Source: Anthoceros angustus (taxonomy: Eukaryota; Plantae; Anthocerotophyta). From it: 64,000 nucleotides of DNA. The stretch spans positions 248,001 through 312,000 of the forward strand of contig MU008167.1 of NCBI GenBank assembly GCA_010909165.1, in the 5' to 3' direction. Shown one piece after another: positions 10,009 to 20,379 of this stretch. Made by a program: the position numbers and the translations under genes. A model generated the notes under the pieces. That model was not told where the DNA came from. It ran no database searches and was given only the letters and a program-made list of their open reading frames with translations. The stretch's first letter is position 1; each line of letters begins with the position of its first letter.

Positions 10009-10495
10009 ATGTATCCACGAGTGTCATCCTAGACCGCAGAAAGACAACGAACACACACAAAGGGACCACTCCGAAAAAGAGTGCCCTTGAGGATGAAGTG
10101 CAAAATCAAAATTTATTAGTGCAAACAGCTTCCAGCCAGAGAGGCGTTGCCACCTTTCGTACTGGCCAATGCAGCTTCATCTGGTGGGGTGGAGATCTCA
10201 GTGGTCCTTGCCTGCATCAAAAAACTTGGTATATCCAATCAGAAACATTACAGTAAATCAGAGACAAGAACGCTACTTCCACCAAGGCGATAGCCTTCAT
10301 ACCCAAACCAGGGCCCAAAAAATAAACCATGCCTAGAAACCAGCGCACAAACAACGAGCACTAGAATATAGAAAAGGCTTGCTAGAAAACCAGCACCTAA
10401 CCCCTTATCCAAAAACACTAGTCTACCATGTTCTAAGAAGACTGGTCGGATCATATCGCCAGGCAGCAAATCCGCTATCGGACTACGCCGCCCGG

Positions 10496-10600
10496 CCGGA
10501 CCAACTCCGTGACTGCCGGACCAACTCCGTGACTTTCTTGGTATGCCTATGGAATACCGGACCAACTCCGTGACTTTCTTGGTATGCCAATGAAATACCA
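10496..10600. repeat. Short direct repeats (ccggaccaactccgtgact x3)
   Basis: Copies at about 10496, 10516 and 10557; the last two are extended by ttcttggtatgcc. Confidence 0.8.
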
Positions 10601-11835
10601 ATCTGGTCACGCGGCATCCACATATTTTTAGGTTGTGGACAGAAAGAAATAGTCCCACCGCATACGGCGGAACTATTTCGGTATGTCACGCATGACCACA
10701 TCGGTTGGGGCTGCGGCCCCCGGTGTCCCGATGTTGTCAACCTACCCCATGATGCACGAAAAGATTCCACGATACACAGAAAATTTTTTTCTCTCGGGTT
10801 TAGGGTTGCGTTTAGGTCATTTGCGTTGCCGCGCCATTGCGGCACTCAATATGCCATCTCCGCTCACGCGGCATCCATAATTTGTTAGCGTTGTTAGCGG
10901 TTGCGTTAGCGCTGCGCTTACCGTATACAATTGCGTTTGCGCTGCAGTCATCGTCTGTGTTTGAGGCGCGGTTGAGTGCATTTGCCCTTACGCAAGGTCG
11001 CAGTTGTTGGCAGTACTGTGGCGCAACGCTTCCTAGGCCTCGCCTATGGGGTGTAGTTTCACATAGCACTAACTACCCCGGAACAAGCTTATACCAGAAG
11101 GACCAACAGAGAAGGGCTTCCATGAAAACAGTCGCACACATACAAGGCTTGCATCCAAAAGCATAAAGGTACAAGCCGATTCAAAGGGCCTACAGGACTA
11201 CATAACGCAGCAAGGTGATCCCTGTCCACGCCCATGGCATGGTTTCACCGCCCGCCGGAGGTACTCCCGCCTCCCTACACAATGTCGCTGCCGGTGCAAG
11301 ACATATCGGGAGGAAGTCCATGCCCTCCAAGCCCTTCGCATAGGCATTGTCCCTCGCGACATGCAGTTCCTTCACGACGCACAGCAGTGGCACACACGTT
11401 TGAGTATCGAGCAGTTGCAATGCTCAAGGGATGGAACCTTACATGACGGAAAAAAGCTGCAACCTACACACAGAAAGACAAGTGTGCTGCTGCCGAGGAC
11501 TCACCCTGGACAACAGCTCAATCATGCCTAGCGGTGGCATCTCGAGGGCTACGTTCTGTGCATATTGAGGACCACAGACATCGAACTCCTCGCCATCGTC
11601 CTCCGCAGTCCCATATGCGGGTGGCTACACCCACCCTTGGAGCCGAGCCTCTTCCTGGAACGTTATTGCAGGCACATGGCCGGGGATGTTTCGGTCCGCG
11701 GCCCTTATCCTACGCACCCTGTGCCTGTTCCACACCTGCCTCCAACGTTCGAGCTCCGCCCTCATGAATTTTCCCCTCAAAGGATTTAGATAGAGGGACA
11801 GACTATAGAGCAAAGGTGTTGAGGTCCCGCATGCA

Positions 11836-12014
11836 CCTCCAACCATAGAACATGAGGCAATCCTTGTGTTCGACGAACTGGATGAGAACAAGCAAGAAGC
11901 CTTCATCAAGAGAGGAGACGACAATATGGGAGCAATTGAGGGATGAAAGGCTTCTTGCTCATTCTTGTCCACTTCATTGTACACAAGGATTGCCTCATGC
12001 TGCATGGTTGGAGG
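11836..12014. ncRNA. Fold-back (72/73-bp arms, 34-nt loop); candidate hairpin/MIRNA-like precursor
   Basis: 11836-11907 is the reverse complement of 11942-12014 with 11 mismatches and 1 indel by hand count. The inverted repeat is certain; transcription is not shown. Confidence 0.55.
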
Positions 12015-12270
12015 CGGGTTAAGGCGACCTGAACCTAGGGGCCATCGATATCGAGGAGGGCCCGTCACACTTTGAGCTGGATGTATATGTGGGGCAACTT
12101 TTGCTAGCGGACTAGCAGAGTACACGCTCATAACCCAATGTCGATGTGGTACTGGGGTTCGTTCCATAGGGAATGGATTCGCACTTATTCTACCCTAACT
12201 CCACCACTTGTTGCCTGAACGGACTTCATCATGTCCAGCGAAACCCGCGGAGCCGAGGCATGTGTTACAC

Positions 12271-12457
12271 ATGGACTGCAACTCAACGGACCAGACACAC
12301 AACCCCCTGGGCCTTCCACAAAGCTCCGCTCAGGGTATCTCAAACACTGTTTAAGGTCCGATGGACCGCAACTCAACGGACCAGACACACAACCCCCTGG
12401 GCCTTCCACAAAGCTCCGCTCAGGGTATCTCAAACACTGTTTAAGGTCCGATGGACC
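12271..12457. repeat. 90-bp tandem duplication
   Basis: atggac(t/c)gcaactcaacggaccagacacac...tttaaggtccg at 12271-12360 and 12361-12450. Confidence 0.9.
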
Positions 12458-13257
12458 GGAACAGGTTTAGCGATGCGTTCCTCCGTCAGCCTCTGTACCC
12501 TAGCACCCCGGTGCACATGCCTCCTTAGCTCCGCATCTTCCACCTCACAACCCTCGACTATGCTTAACAGCAACTCCAACGCAATGCACAGGCCGTGACG
12601 TCTTCTTCCTTCTCCTTTACTCACCCACAGCTAGTATGCGGAACACCAACACGCCGACGTGTTTACACCGGACCGCCTTTACTCCTTCCGGCTGCTTCGC
12701 ATTTTGTGAGGTAGTAGCTTCTCAGCCTGCAACCCTACGACCTCCGCCCCAGCAGCCTCTACGGATGGCTTCCACACAGAGGGATCACCCCCAAGCGCCT
12801 CCTAATCCCTTCGACTGCTTCACATTCCGCGGGGTAGTGACGTCGCAGCCTGCAACCCCACGGCCTCCTTTCCAGCAGTCACCAAGGTTGGCCTCGCGTC
12901 GACGGATCTCCCTCGAGCACTACCTGAGCTCTGGTCCGATCCCTATCTACACCCACCAAGCGTGTTAGCAGAGCTCGTCACCAGAGCTCTTGACACATCC
13001 CCCTATCACCAATTAATCCTACAAGGTGACGCAGGAACACACTCCGCTCCTCGAGCACAGCCTATGAAACCTCGAATTTGTAAACACATTTCTTCTTATT
13101 GCGCCTTGTCATGGTCGAGGGATTGATTGAAGTGAAAAGAAATAGCAGATTGCACAAACACAAAAAAGAGTGTCAAGGAGGAGGCACATCCGGAACAAAG
13201 ATGTATGGATTCTGGATTGCAATGACTACAGATCTCAAAAGTATATAAACAAATAAA

Positions 13258-13490
13258 CAAACAAGAAGACAACTCTATAAATAGTACTTTTGAGAATGAA
13301 GTGTGGAATGAAAATGAGAGCTTCTTATTGCCTCAATTTAAAAACAAAAGGTTGGATGATAACTATCAAAAAACGAACAAATAAGAGGACCACTCTACAA
13401 ATAGTGCCTTGGAGAATGAAGTGCGGAATGAAAAATGAGAGCTTCCCATTATTTAAAAACAAAATTTTGGCTAATAACTATCCAAAATCA
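13258..13490. repeat. About 120-bp imperfect tandem duplication downstream of the small ORF
   Basis: gagaatgaagtg(t/c)ggaatgaaaatgagagcttc...atttaaaaacaaaa...ataactatc occurs twice. Confidence 0.75.
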
Positions 13491-13529
13491 TAATGAGAAC
13501 ACAAGTGCAGCTTTGAACACTGAATGGAA

Positions 13530-13883
13530 TTATGTGGATCCATCTTTCATTTCTTCCGCCACGTGCACATCAATCAAATTTGAAATTATTTTCGCCATGA
13601 CATACACTCCCACCATCCCCACCACAATTCCCGCCATCTCTACCGCATTTGTTATCACGTCCGGATTCGAAATGAAGCCATTAATCATGTACCCCATCCA
13701 GCTCATAGTACGGGGGGTTCGTCCGTCGATGAAGGCTTCTTGCTCATTGTCGTCGGCTTCATCGAACGCAAGAATTGGCTCACGCGTCATGGTTGGAGGT
13801 GGTCGGCCCTCGGCTGCACTTTTCCTCCCTCTACCTCGATTCTTTGAGGGCCGAATTTTCCTCCTTCTGTTTTCATAAGCCAT
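13530..13883 (-). CDS. 117-aa hypothetical protein: basic N-terminus, acidic middle, predicted C-terminal transmembrane helix
   Basis: ATG in good context (ggcATGG), TATA about 60 bp upstream, AT-rich 3' flank and hydrophobic MAGIVVGMVGVYVMAKIISNLI. Two diverged partial copies at 11.8-12.0 kb keep PPT..E.IL.(F/Y).E.D.N.QEAF. Confidence 0.6.
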   Translation of the reverse strand: MAYENRRRKIRPSKNRGRGRKSAAEGRPPPTMTREPILAFDEADDNEQEAFIDGRTPRTMSWMGYMINGFISNPDVITNAVEMAGIVVGMVGVYVMAKIISNLIDVHVAEEMKDGST

Positions 13884-13940
13884 GCCACAAGCTTGGATTA
13901 AAATCCTTCTAACTTATTGTGATAAGAATACTCTCATCAC

Positions 13941-14025
13941 CTATATATAGCATTGGGTTTGATACACTTCGAGAACATGAGCTATCTTCGAGAACATGAG
14001 CTATATTCTTGTGAGGGAATATTCA
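13941..14025 (-). promoter_or_regulatory. TATA box plus heat-shock-element-like motifs
   Basis: ctatatatag at 13941-13950. A duplicated 19-mer cTTCgaGAAcatgagctat lies at 13967-14004 and gGAAtaTTCa at 14016-14025. Confidence 0.5.
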
Positions 14026-14536
14026 TTATATTTCTCCAAGTCACTACATGGTATTTGAAACTTTAATACTTCCAATTTTGTTTACACTAAAATTATTTGA
14101 TTATTATAAATTATACACAATATTTCTTGCAAGTTGTATACATGTAAGAAAATACATAACATGATAATTTTTGAAGGGGGTGAATAATCATGATGGGTAT
14201 TTTCCGTAAATAACCTGTGAAGGGGGTTTTTGATGGGCCCTAAAACAACGTGTATTATTAATTCCGGAAAACATCTTCGAAAAAAAGGGTGCCACCCGGG
14301 TCGCAATCTCGAACCTATGGTATTAATGCAAAGTGGGACATGTAAGGAAGGCCATTTATGTCAGGAAGGGACCACCGTAAATTCGGTTCCGGGAGGAAAA
14401 TGTGGTTTAGTAAAGATACAACAAAAGCCACAGACAGGGTATCTCCAAATCACGGTTACATCTGGAACCAGATGTACAACATTCACTCTGGGACCCCGGG
14501 ACAATCCCTGATTTGAGTTTCACTCATCCCCAGAGT

Positions 14537-14745
14537 TTAGTCCTTCGTCATCACTTGGTCCAACTTCTCCAGCATTGTCATCACTATCTTCAGCGGCACT
14601 TTGACTCAGTCGTATGAACGCCCATGGGCTTATCCCTAATCACTTTTTTGTCCAACGCATATAAATATTTCCGTGCGTTCGACACAAACCCATAACACAG
14701 GATGACTGTTTCATTCACAAACACCCGTATATTTTTTGGGTAATG
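14537..14745 (-). pseudogene. C-terminal fragment of an unidentified protein, homologous to 28726-28950
   Basis: PKNIRVFVNETVILCYGFVSNARKYLYALDKKVIRD versus PKNI*KLFVDKTIILYYGFNLNARKHLYASDKKAIRD; both are followed by an acidic tail. Confidence 0.65.
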
Positions 14746-14782
14746 GACCTTATTCCCTTTTTTCCTTGGCATTGGACCACAT

Positions 14783-15045
14783 GGGTTGGCACTCTGACGG
14801 TTATGTATTCCTGCATATATCTCCTTTCATACGCATATGTGTGCTCCCTTCATACGCATATGTGTGCTCCCTTTGTACGCATATGTGTGCTAGGTGGATA
14901 TTCGGGTTGGCACTCTAACGACTATGTATTCCTGCACATATCTCCCTTCATACGCATCTGTGTGCTAGGTGGATATTCGGGTTGGCACTCTGACGACTAT
15001 GTATTCTGCACATATCTCCCTTCATAAGCATCAGTGTGCTAAGTG
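14783..15045. repeat. Tandem repeats (gggttggcactct...tatgtattcctgca...catacgcatatgtgtgct x3)
   Basis: Units begin near 14783, 14904 and 14979, with internal sub-repeats; the array abuts the truncated 5' end of PPR copy 3. Confidence 0.85.
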
Positions 15046-17085
15046 ATATTCCCAGCAGGGTATGGGACAGGAAGCCCTTGTTCTTTACAGGGCTATGCAA
15101 GAAGAAGGTATTGTAGCACCTGATGCTGTGAATTTGTAGGCATACTAGGCATGTATGAGCGAGGGCCCAGCTTTGGAGACAGGAAGGCCCATGCCTGACA
15201 GGCGGCGGAGGTTCCGATGTGTTTATGTGAAAGTTTGGTAAACATGTGCTTGAAGTGTGGCGGCTTGGAAGATGCTCAAATGTTTAACGGACTTGGTCTA
15301 AAATGTGGTAACACGGAATGCCACGATAGCGAGGATACTCGAGGAACGGGTCGGAAGGCCCTTAACCTTCATGTGCTGCGGGGAAGATGGCATTGCGCAC
15401 TTGATTCATCACGTTTCTATGCCTCCTGCAGTGTGTGCAAGTGTGGCGACACCATCTTTGGAGAAGGGGCGGCTTCATTCCGAGATAAAAATGGAGGCGT
15501 CGGCGATATGTGTTTATCCAACACCTTGGTGCACATGTATGCAAAATGTGGCAGCTAGTGGACGCTCAAGGCATATTTGACGGACTTGGTCAGAAAGTGT
15601 GGGGCGTGGGCCACCACGATAGCGTGATATGCCCGGGGGGTTTGGGTCGAAGCCCTTAGTCTTCACTGTATGCAACAAGAAGGCATCGCGCCGATTACGT
15701 GACATTTCGCCTCCTGCGGGCATGTGCAAGTGTGGGCACTCGGCTTTGGAGAAGGGGCTTCATGTGCAAATTAGAGAACAAGGACTTGACATCGATGTGT
15801 TTATAGCCAGCGATCGTAAACATGTATGCAAGTGTGGCACCTAGAAGATGCTCAGAGCGTGTTTGACGGACTTGGTGAAAAACAATGTGGTGACACAGGT
15901 GCCATGATTGCGGACATTCCAGCGGGGCCGAAGCCCGTCGCTGTATGAAGCTATGCAAGAAGAAGGCATCGTTGCACCTAATTGCGTGACCTAGGTTTGC
16001 CTCCTGCGGGCATGTACAAGTTTGGGCACCACAGGATCGGAGAAGGGAAGCAGCCGTGCACAAGTTCTGAGAACAAGGACTTGAAGCTGATGTGTTTTCA
16101 CCCAGCAGTTTGGTAACCATTTATGCAAAGTGTGGCACCCTAGAGGATGCTCGGGGCGTTTTTGATGGGCTTCCTCACAAAGATGTAGGGATGTGGAATG
16201 CCATGATTGCAGGGTATTCCCAGCAGGGGATGGGGCAGGAGGCTCTTCGTCTTTATGGTGCTATGCAAAATGAGGGCATTGTGGCACCCCATTCTTTGAC
16301 ATTTGTGCCCCTCCTGCAGGCATGTGCAAATGTCGCACTTACGCGGCGAGATGCTTGACGCAGGGGGACAGGCGTGTGCTTAATCGATGTGCTTGTTGGC
16401 GGTTTGATAAACATGTATGGAAACTCGGTAGCATGGTTGATGCACAACATGTGTTGAGGCATTGCCTGGACGAGATGATGTTGCATGCTATGTCCTGATT
16501 GCAGGCTACACCCGTCAAGGAGACAGTGAAGTGGTCTTCGACTTGTTCGCGAGAATGAGAGGGAGGGCATACCAAGCGCCATGACATTCCTCGGTGTACT
16601 AACGATGCAATCATGTGGGTCTTGTAAGCAAGGTGCGAGAGTACTTTCAGGCTATGAGCGGAGAACATGGCATCAGACCCAGTGTGGAGCACTACATCTG
16701 CATGGTGGATCTCCTGGGTCGTGCAGGCCACGTGGACGAGGCACTGGCTTTCATCGAGACCATCCCTGTGTTGCCCAGTGCTGCAGTTTGGCATGCTCTA
16801 CTAGGAGCTTGTCAAAAGTGGAACGGCGTGGCTGTTGGACAGCATTCTTTCGATGAAAACTAGACCACAAGGATGCCTCGGCATATATGTTGATGTCGGA
16901 CATATACACCGGCGCCCAGATGTGGGAGCAGGCGCAGGAGATGCAGGCAAGGAGACAAGGAATTGGCGCATGGAAGCAGCCAGGGCAGAGCTGGTGGACC
17001 TAGACGGACTGGTGCATAGTTTCTTCGTTGGAGACACGAATCATCTCGAAAGTAAAAGTATATATGCAAGACTTGAACAACTTCC
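15046..17085 (+). pseudogene. Third PLS-E PPR copy, 5'-truncated and heavily frameshifted (as assembled)
   Basis: Fragments YAKCGTLEDARGVFDG, WNAMIAGYSQQGMGQEAL, HYICMVDLLGRAG, WHALLGACQKW and DGLVHSFFVGD occur in shifting frames. Confidence 0.85.
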
Positions 17086-17301
17086 TTCCCGACCGCAGGA
17101 CTTGGCGCATTTGAACTGGTATGTGTTCTATGAAGGTTGAAAGGAAATGAGGGTCATATATATGAGGAAAGCTGTTAGTTTTAAGTGAAGTTTGGGCTAG
17201 CACACATTTGAGAGTGTCATGTTAGCACTTACCTTTTTCAAACCCAAACAGACAGGCTTGGTTATGGCCATCGAGAATCGTGCCAGTTCTGGGCGAGGAA
17301 C

Positions 17302-17474
17302 GAATTTAGAGTGCTCATGAACCCTGCTGTGTCTACTGTCATGACCATGTCCAAATTTAGAGGATTCATGGACCCTGCCGTGTCTATTCTCATGACCACG
17401 TTCAGCCTTAGAGGGTTCATGAACCATGCCGTGTCTACCTGTTCTCATGACCACGTCCGAATTTAGAGGGTTCC
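17302..17474. repeat. About 51-bp tandem repeat (3+ units)
   Basis: aatttagag..tcatg(a/g)acc.tgc.gtgtcta...tcatgacca repeated. Confidence 0.8.
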
Positions 17475-19239
17475 TGTCAAGACCCTTTTGGAGAGATCAT
17501 CTTTTATTTTATGTAATATTTTATTTTATATAAATATTATTTATTATTTAGGTTTATTTAATCGTTATAGTCTTTTGCTCATCTTTTTACGTGTAGAGTT
17601 TTTATATTTTATTAATTTATCTCTATTAATTTTCTTTTATTTTTAAATATTTTATACCTTATTTATTTATTTATTTATATACTTATGTTTTGGCCCTTAT
17701 TTTTATATTTTTATTTATTTCATCCTTTTCTTTCATTTTTGGTTATTTTCTTCATGGCCCCCTTCATCCACATTCGTCAAGCATACTCTTTACCCCGTGT
17801 GTGAGAAGTTATTCCATCCTCAAGGGGTGAGGCGCCATATGGGCAAGGTTGGATCAAACTACTTAGGAGGCTCAAGTAAGGCTTGAATCTTCCATTACTA
17901 CTGTCCATTCGACTCTACTCCCCTCGAGCCTCCACCGAAGTCTTGGCAGTGGTTGTAGGCATAGTCTGATCACCTTCTGGCCCTATACAAGACATATCTC
18001 CCTAGACCTTGCCGGTGTAGACTGAGATGATTTACACACACAGGAGGTCTGAGAGAAGTCAATCTCGAACTTGTCAATTGAGCATCTAACTAATTTGAGA
18101 TTTATTCTTGTCTATATATGTTGGCTTTAGGAAGGCTAAATGTTACACATCAAGTCCATTTGCAGAACTGAAATAAACATCGGGTCCATTTTCAGCATGA
18201 CAGTTGTTGGCATGAATAGGCATGATTTGATTGTAAAAGTATACTTGTGATTCCCCAACCAGGTTAAGTCCGCAATCGGGGCTCAGTTCTCATGCAGGAT
18301 TGAATGAGTGGTGGATAAAAACAAAGAGGAATGGAATGGTGGATAAGACTTACAAACAAATGTTGATTTTGAAGTTATTTATACCTGATGTTGGTGGCAT
18401 GCTTTTGAAGTTGTGAGTACCCGATGTTGGTGGCACAGATCCTCGCACATCTGTTGATGTTAGGGAAATCATGGATGAAACATGAACTGTGGTTAGTGCA
18501 ATGTGGATGGATTTTGTAGGAGACAACATTGTACACGTGAGTCCTACCTCCTCACCTGTATCACTATAATATTGATACAGGTGAGGAGGAAGGACTCATT
18601 GCATTGGAAATGGTGATCAAAACCCCAAAACTTGTAGAAGCAACTAGGCAGCCAAGCATTGTGAGATAGCTTTGTCTTGTGGCAGCGTAGCCCGGGAAAC
18701 AGCGGCTATGGAGCAGATTTTTATGGAGGGTTGCCTGCCTGCATGATTGTAGTGCTAGGTCCTCCTCTCTCACATTGCATTTTGGGCTAACGGTGGGTTT
18801 CAAGACCCGAAATCTACGGCTATGGTTTTGCTTGCTTGTTTACGTAACTTGCCTTTGCTTTTGCTTTTGGATAATGTGAACTATGAAGGGAGGGAGGAAA
18901 GTCCCCTAGTTATGTGAACAAAGACCCCTAGTTCTCTCTTGTCAAAGACTCCCAGTTCTCTCTTGTCATTAAATGGAACGATTGCCGTAGGATAAATAGG
19001 TGGCGGTGATGAGTAGTCAACCGCCTGCGCTCCCTCTTTCACTCTTGGTCAAAGGTCCAACGAGTTACAATAACAACCACCATACTTCTTTATTTATGCG
19101 TAAGTTTGTCTTAAGGAAAGAGGAGATGGATGAACCCATCTACTAAAGGACATCATAGGCGTCTAGATCCCAAGGGTCACAGTAAAGAAGGACCAATTAA
19201 GCTCCATGTGGAAGGTTATCCACAACGCCTACAATGTCA

Positions 19240-19510
19240 TAACTAGGAAGATTGGATAGCCTATATATAACTAATTTATTTATGTCCATTTTAATCTTCT
19301 TTTTGAAATAAAAAGTACCTAAAAGCAACTAAGCTCCATGTCTAAACTCATCCATAGCGCTTACTAAGAAGATTGTATGGCCTACATATAGTCATATTAA
19401 TTATTTTTTGAAATAAAAAAAATACATAACTAGGAAGATTAGATAGCCTACATATAACTGATTTATTTATGTCCATTTGAAGTTTTTTTCGAAATAAAAA
19501 TACCAAAAAA
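19240..19510. repeat. AT-rich direct repeat (about 85 bp, offset about 188 bp)
   Basis: taactaggaagatt.gatagccta.atataact.atttatttatgtccattt at about 19240 and 19428. Confidence 0.7.
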
Positions 19511-19562
19511 TGACGCATGAAAAGTTCTTTATGTGATCTCTCAGGCCAAAAAAACCCGTTGC

Positions 19563-19636
19563 CGACCACAATGGGATTCGAACCCACGACCTTTGGATCC
19601 GAAGTCCAACGCGCTAATCCACTGCGCTATGCGGTC
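19563..19636 (-). tRNA. tRNA-Arg(UCG)
   Basis: GACCGCATAGCGCAGTGGATTAGCGCGTTGGACT-TCG-GATCCAAAGGTCGTGGGTTCGAATCCCATTGTGGTCG forms a cloverleaf with A/B boxes; an oligo-T Pol III terminator lies just downstream. Confidence 0.97.
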
Positions 19637-20379
19637 CGAGATGACCAAAGTGGTTTCATTATTTATATTATACCCTATCTTTTACTCCTTCCTCGCAAAT
19701 CCCTCACGTTTTCCTCCCCTCTCAGCTTCCTTTGCGATCCCGTCGGAGTCGGGAACGAATAGCTTTAAAGCTGTTTGTCTTGGTGACATTCAGCCCTCCG
19801 GATTGTCGCTGGAAGTTGCTCACATTCCGCACTCTGCTCAAGCTGCTCGTTGCGGCTTCTGCTTGCTTCGTCCCGGAGAGGGAAGCCCTCAGGATTTCGT
19901 GCCTGAACCCAGAAATAGCTCTTTCTGTTTCTGTTGGGGGTGAGCGATGTTCGGTGATGGTCAATTCGTTTGGTGACCAGGAGGAGCAGGTACTGTGGCA
20001 TGTGTTCTCGCATTTCCTTGAGAATAGAAGGAGACATTTAGGGATGCTTTTTCTCTGGGATAGAACAGACCGATAATTGGTCTTTGAAGGCGGGGGAGAC
20101 TGTGAGAATTTGACCTTTTGGATGGACGTGGTGGGAGAAGTGTTGCAAGCTAGACGCTCTGAGAAGGTTCACCTTTAATGTCCAGATGTTTATGTGTTTG
20201 AAATTATGGTACACGGCCTGAGCTAGAGACTACGTTTAGTGTGACGTTTTAGGCAAGGTGAGTGTCATTCCAGGCAGCTCTGTTTAGGAGATTGGAGTGT
20301 TGTTTCATTGTGGATTCTTCATCTAAGCAAGATCCCGCAAATTCACACGCCGTTGGCTGACAAGGAGAATTTTCCCACC

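Noticed and set aside
10250-15045. Treating the insert as a single defined transposon
   Set aside because: No TIRs, LTRs, TSD or Helitron ends could be identified by eye.
17475-19200. Possible solo LTR starting TGTCAAG with an AT-rich tract
   Set aside because: No matching end or TSD found.
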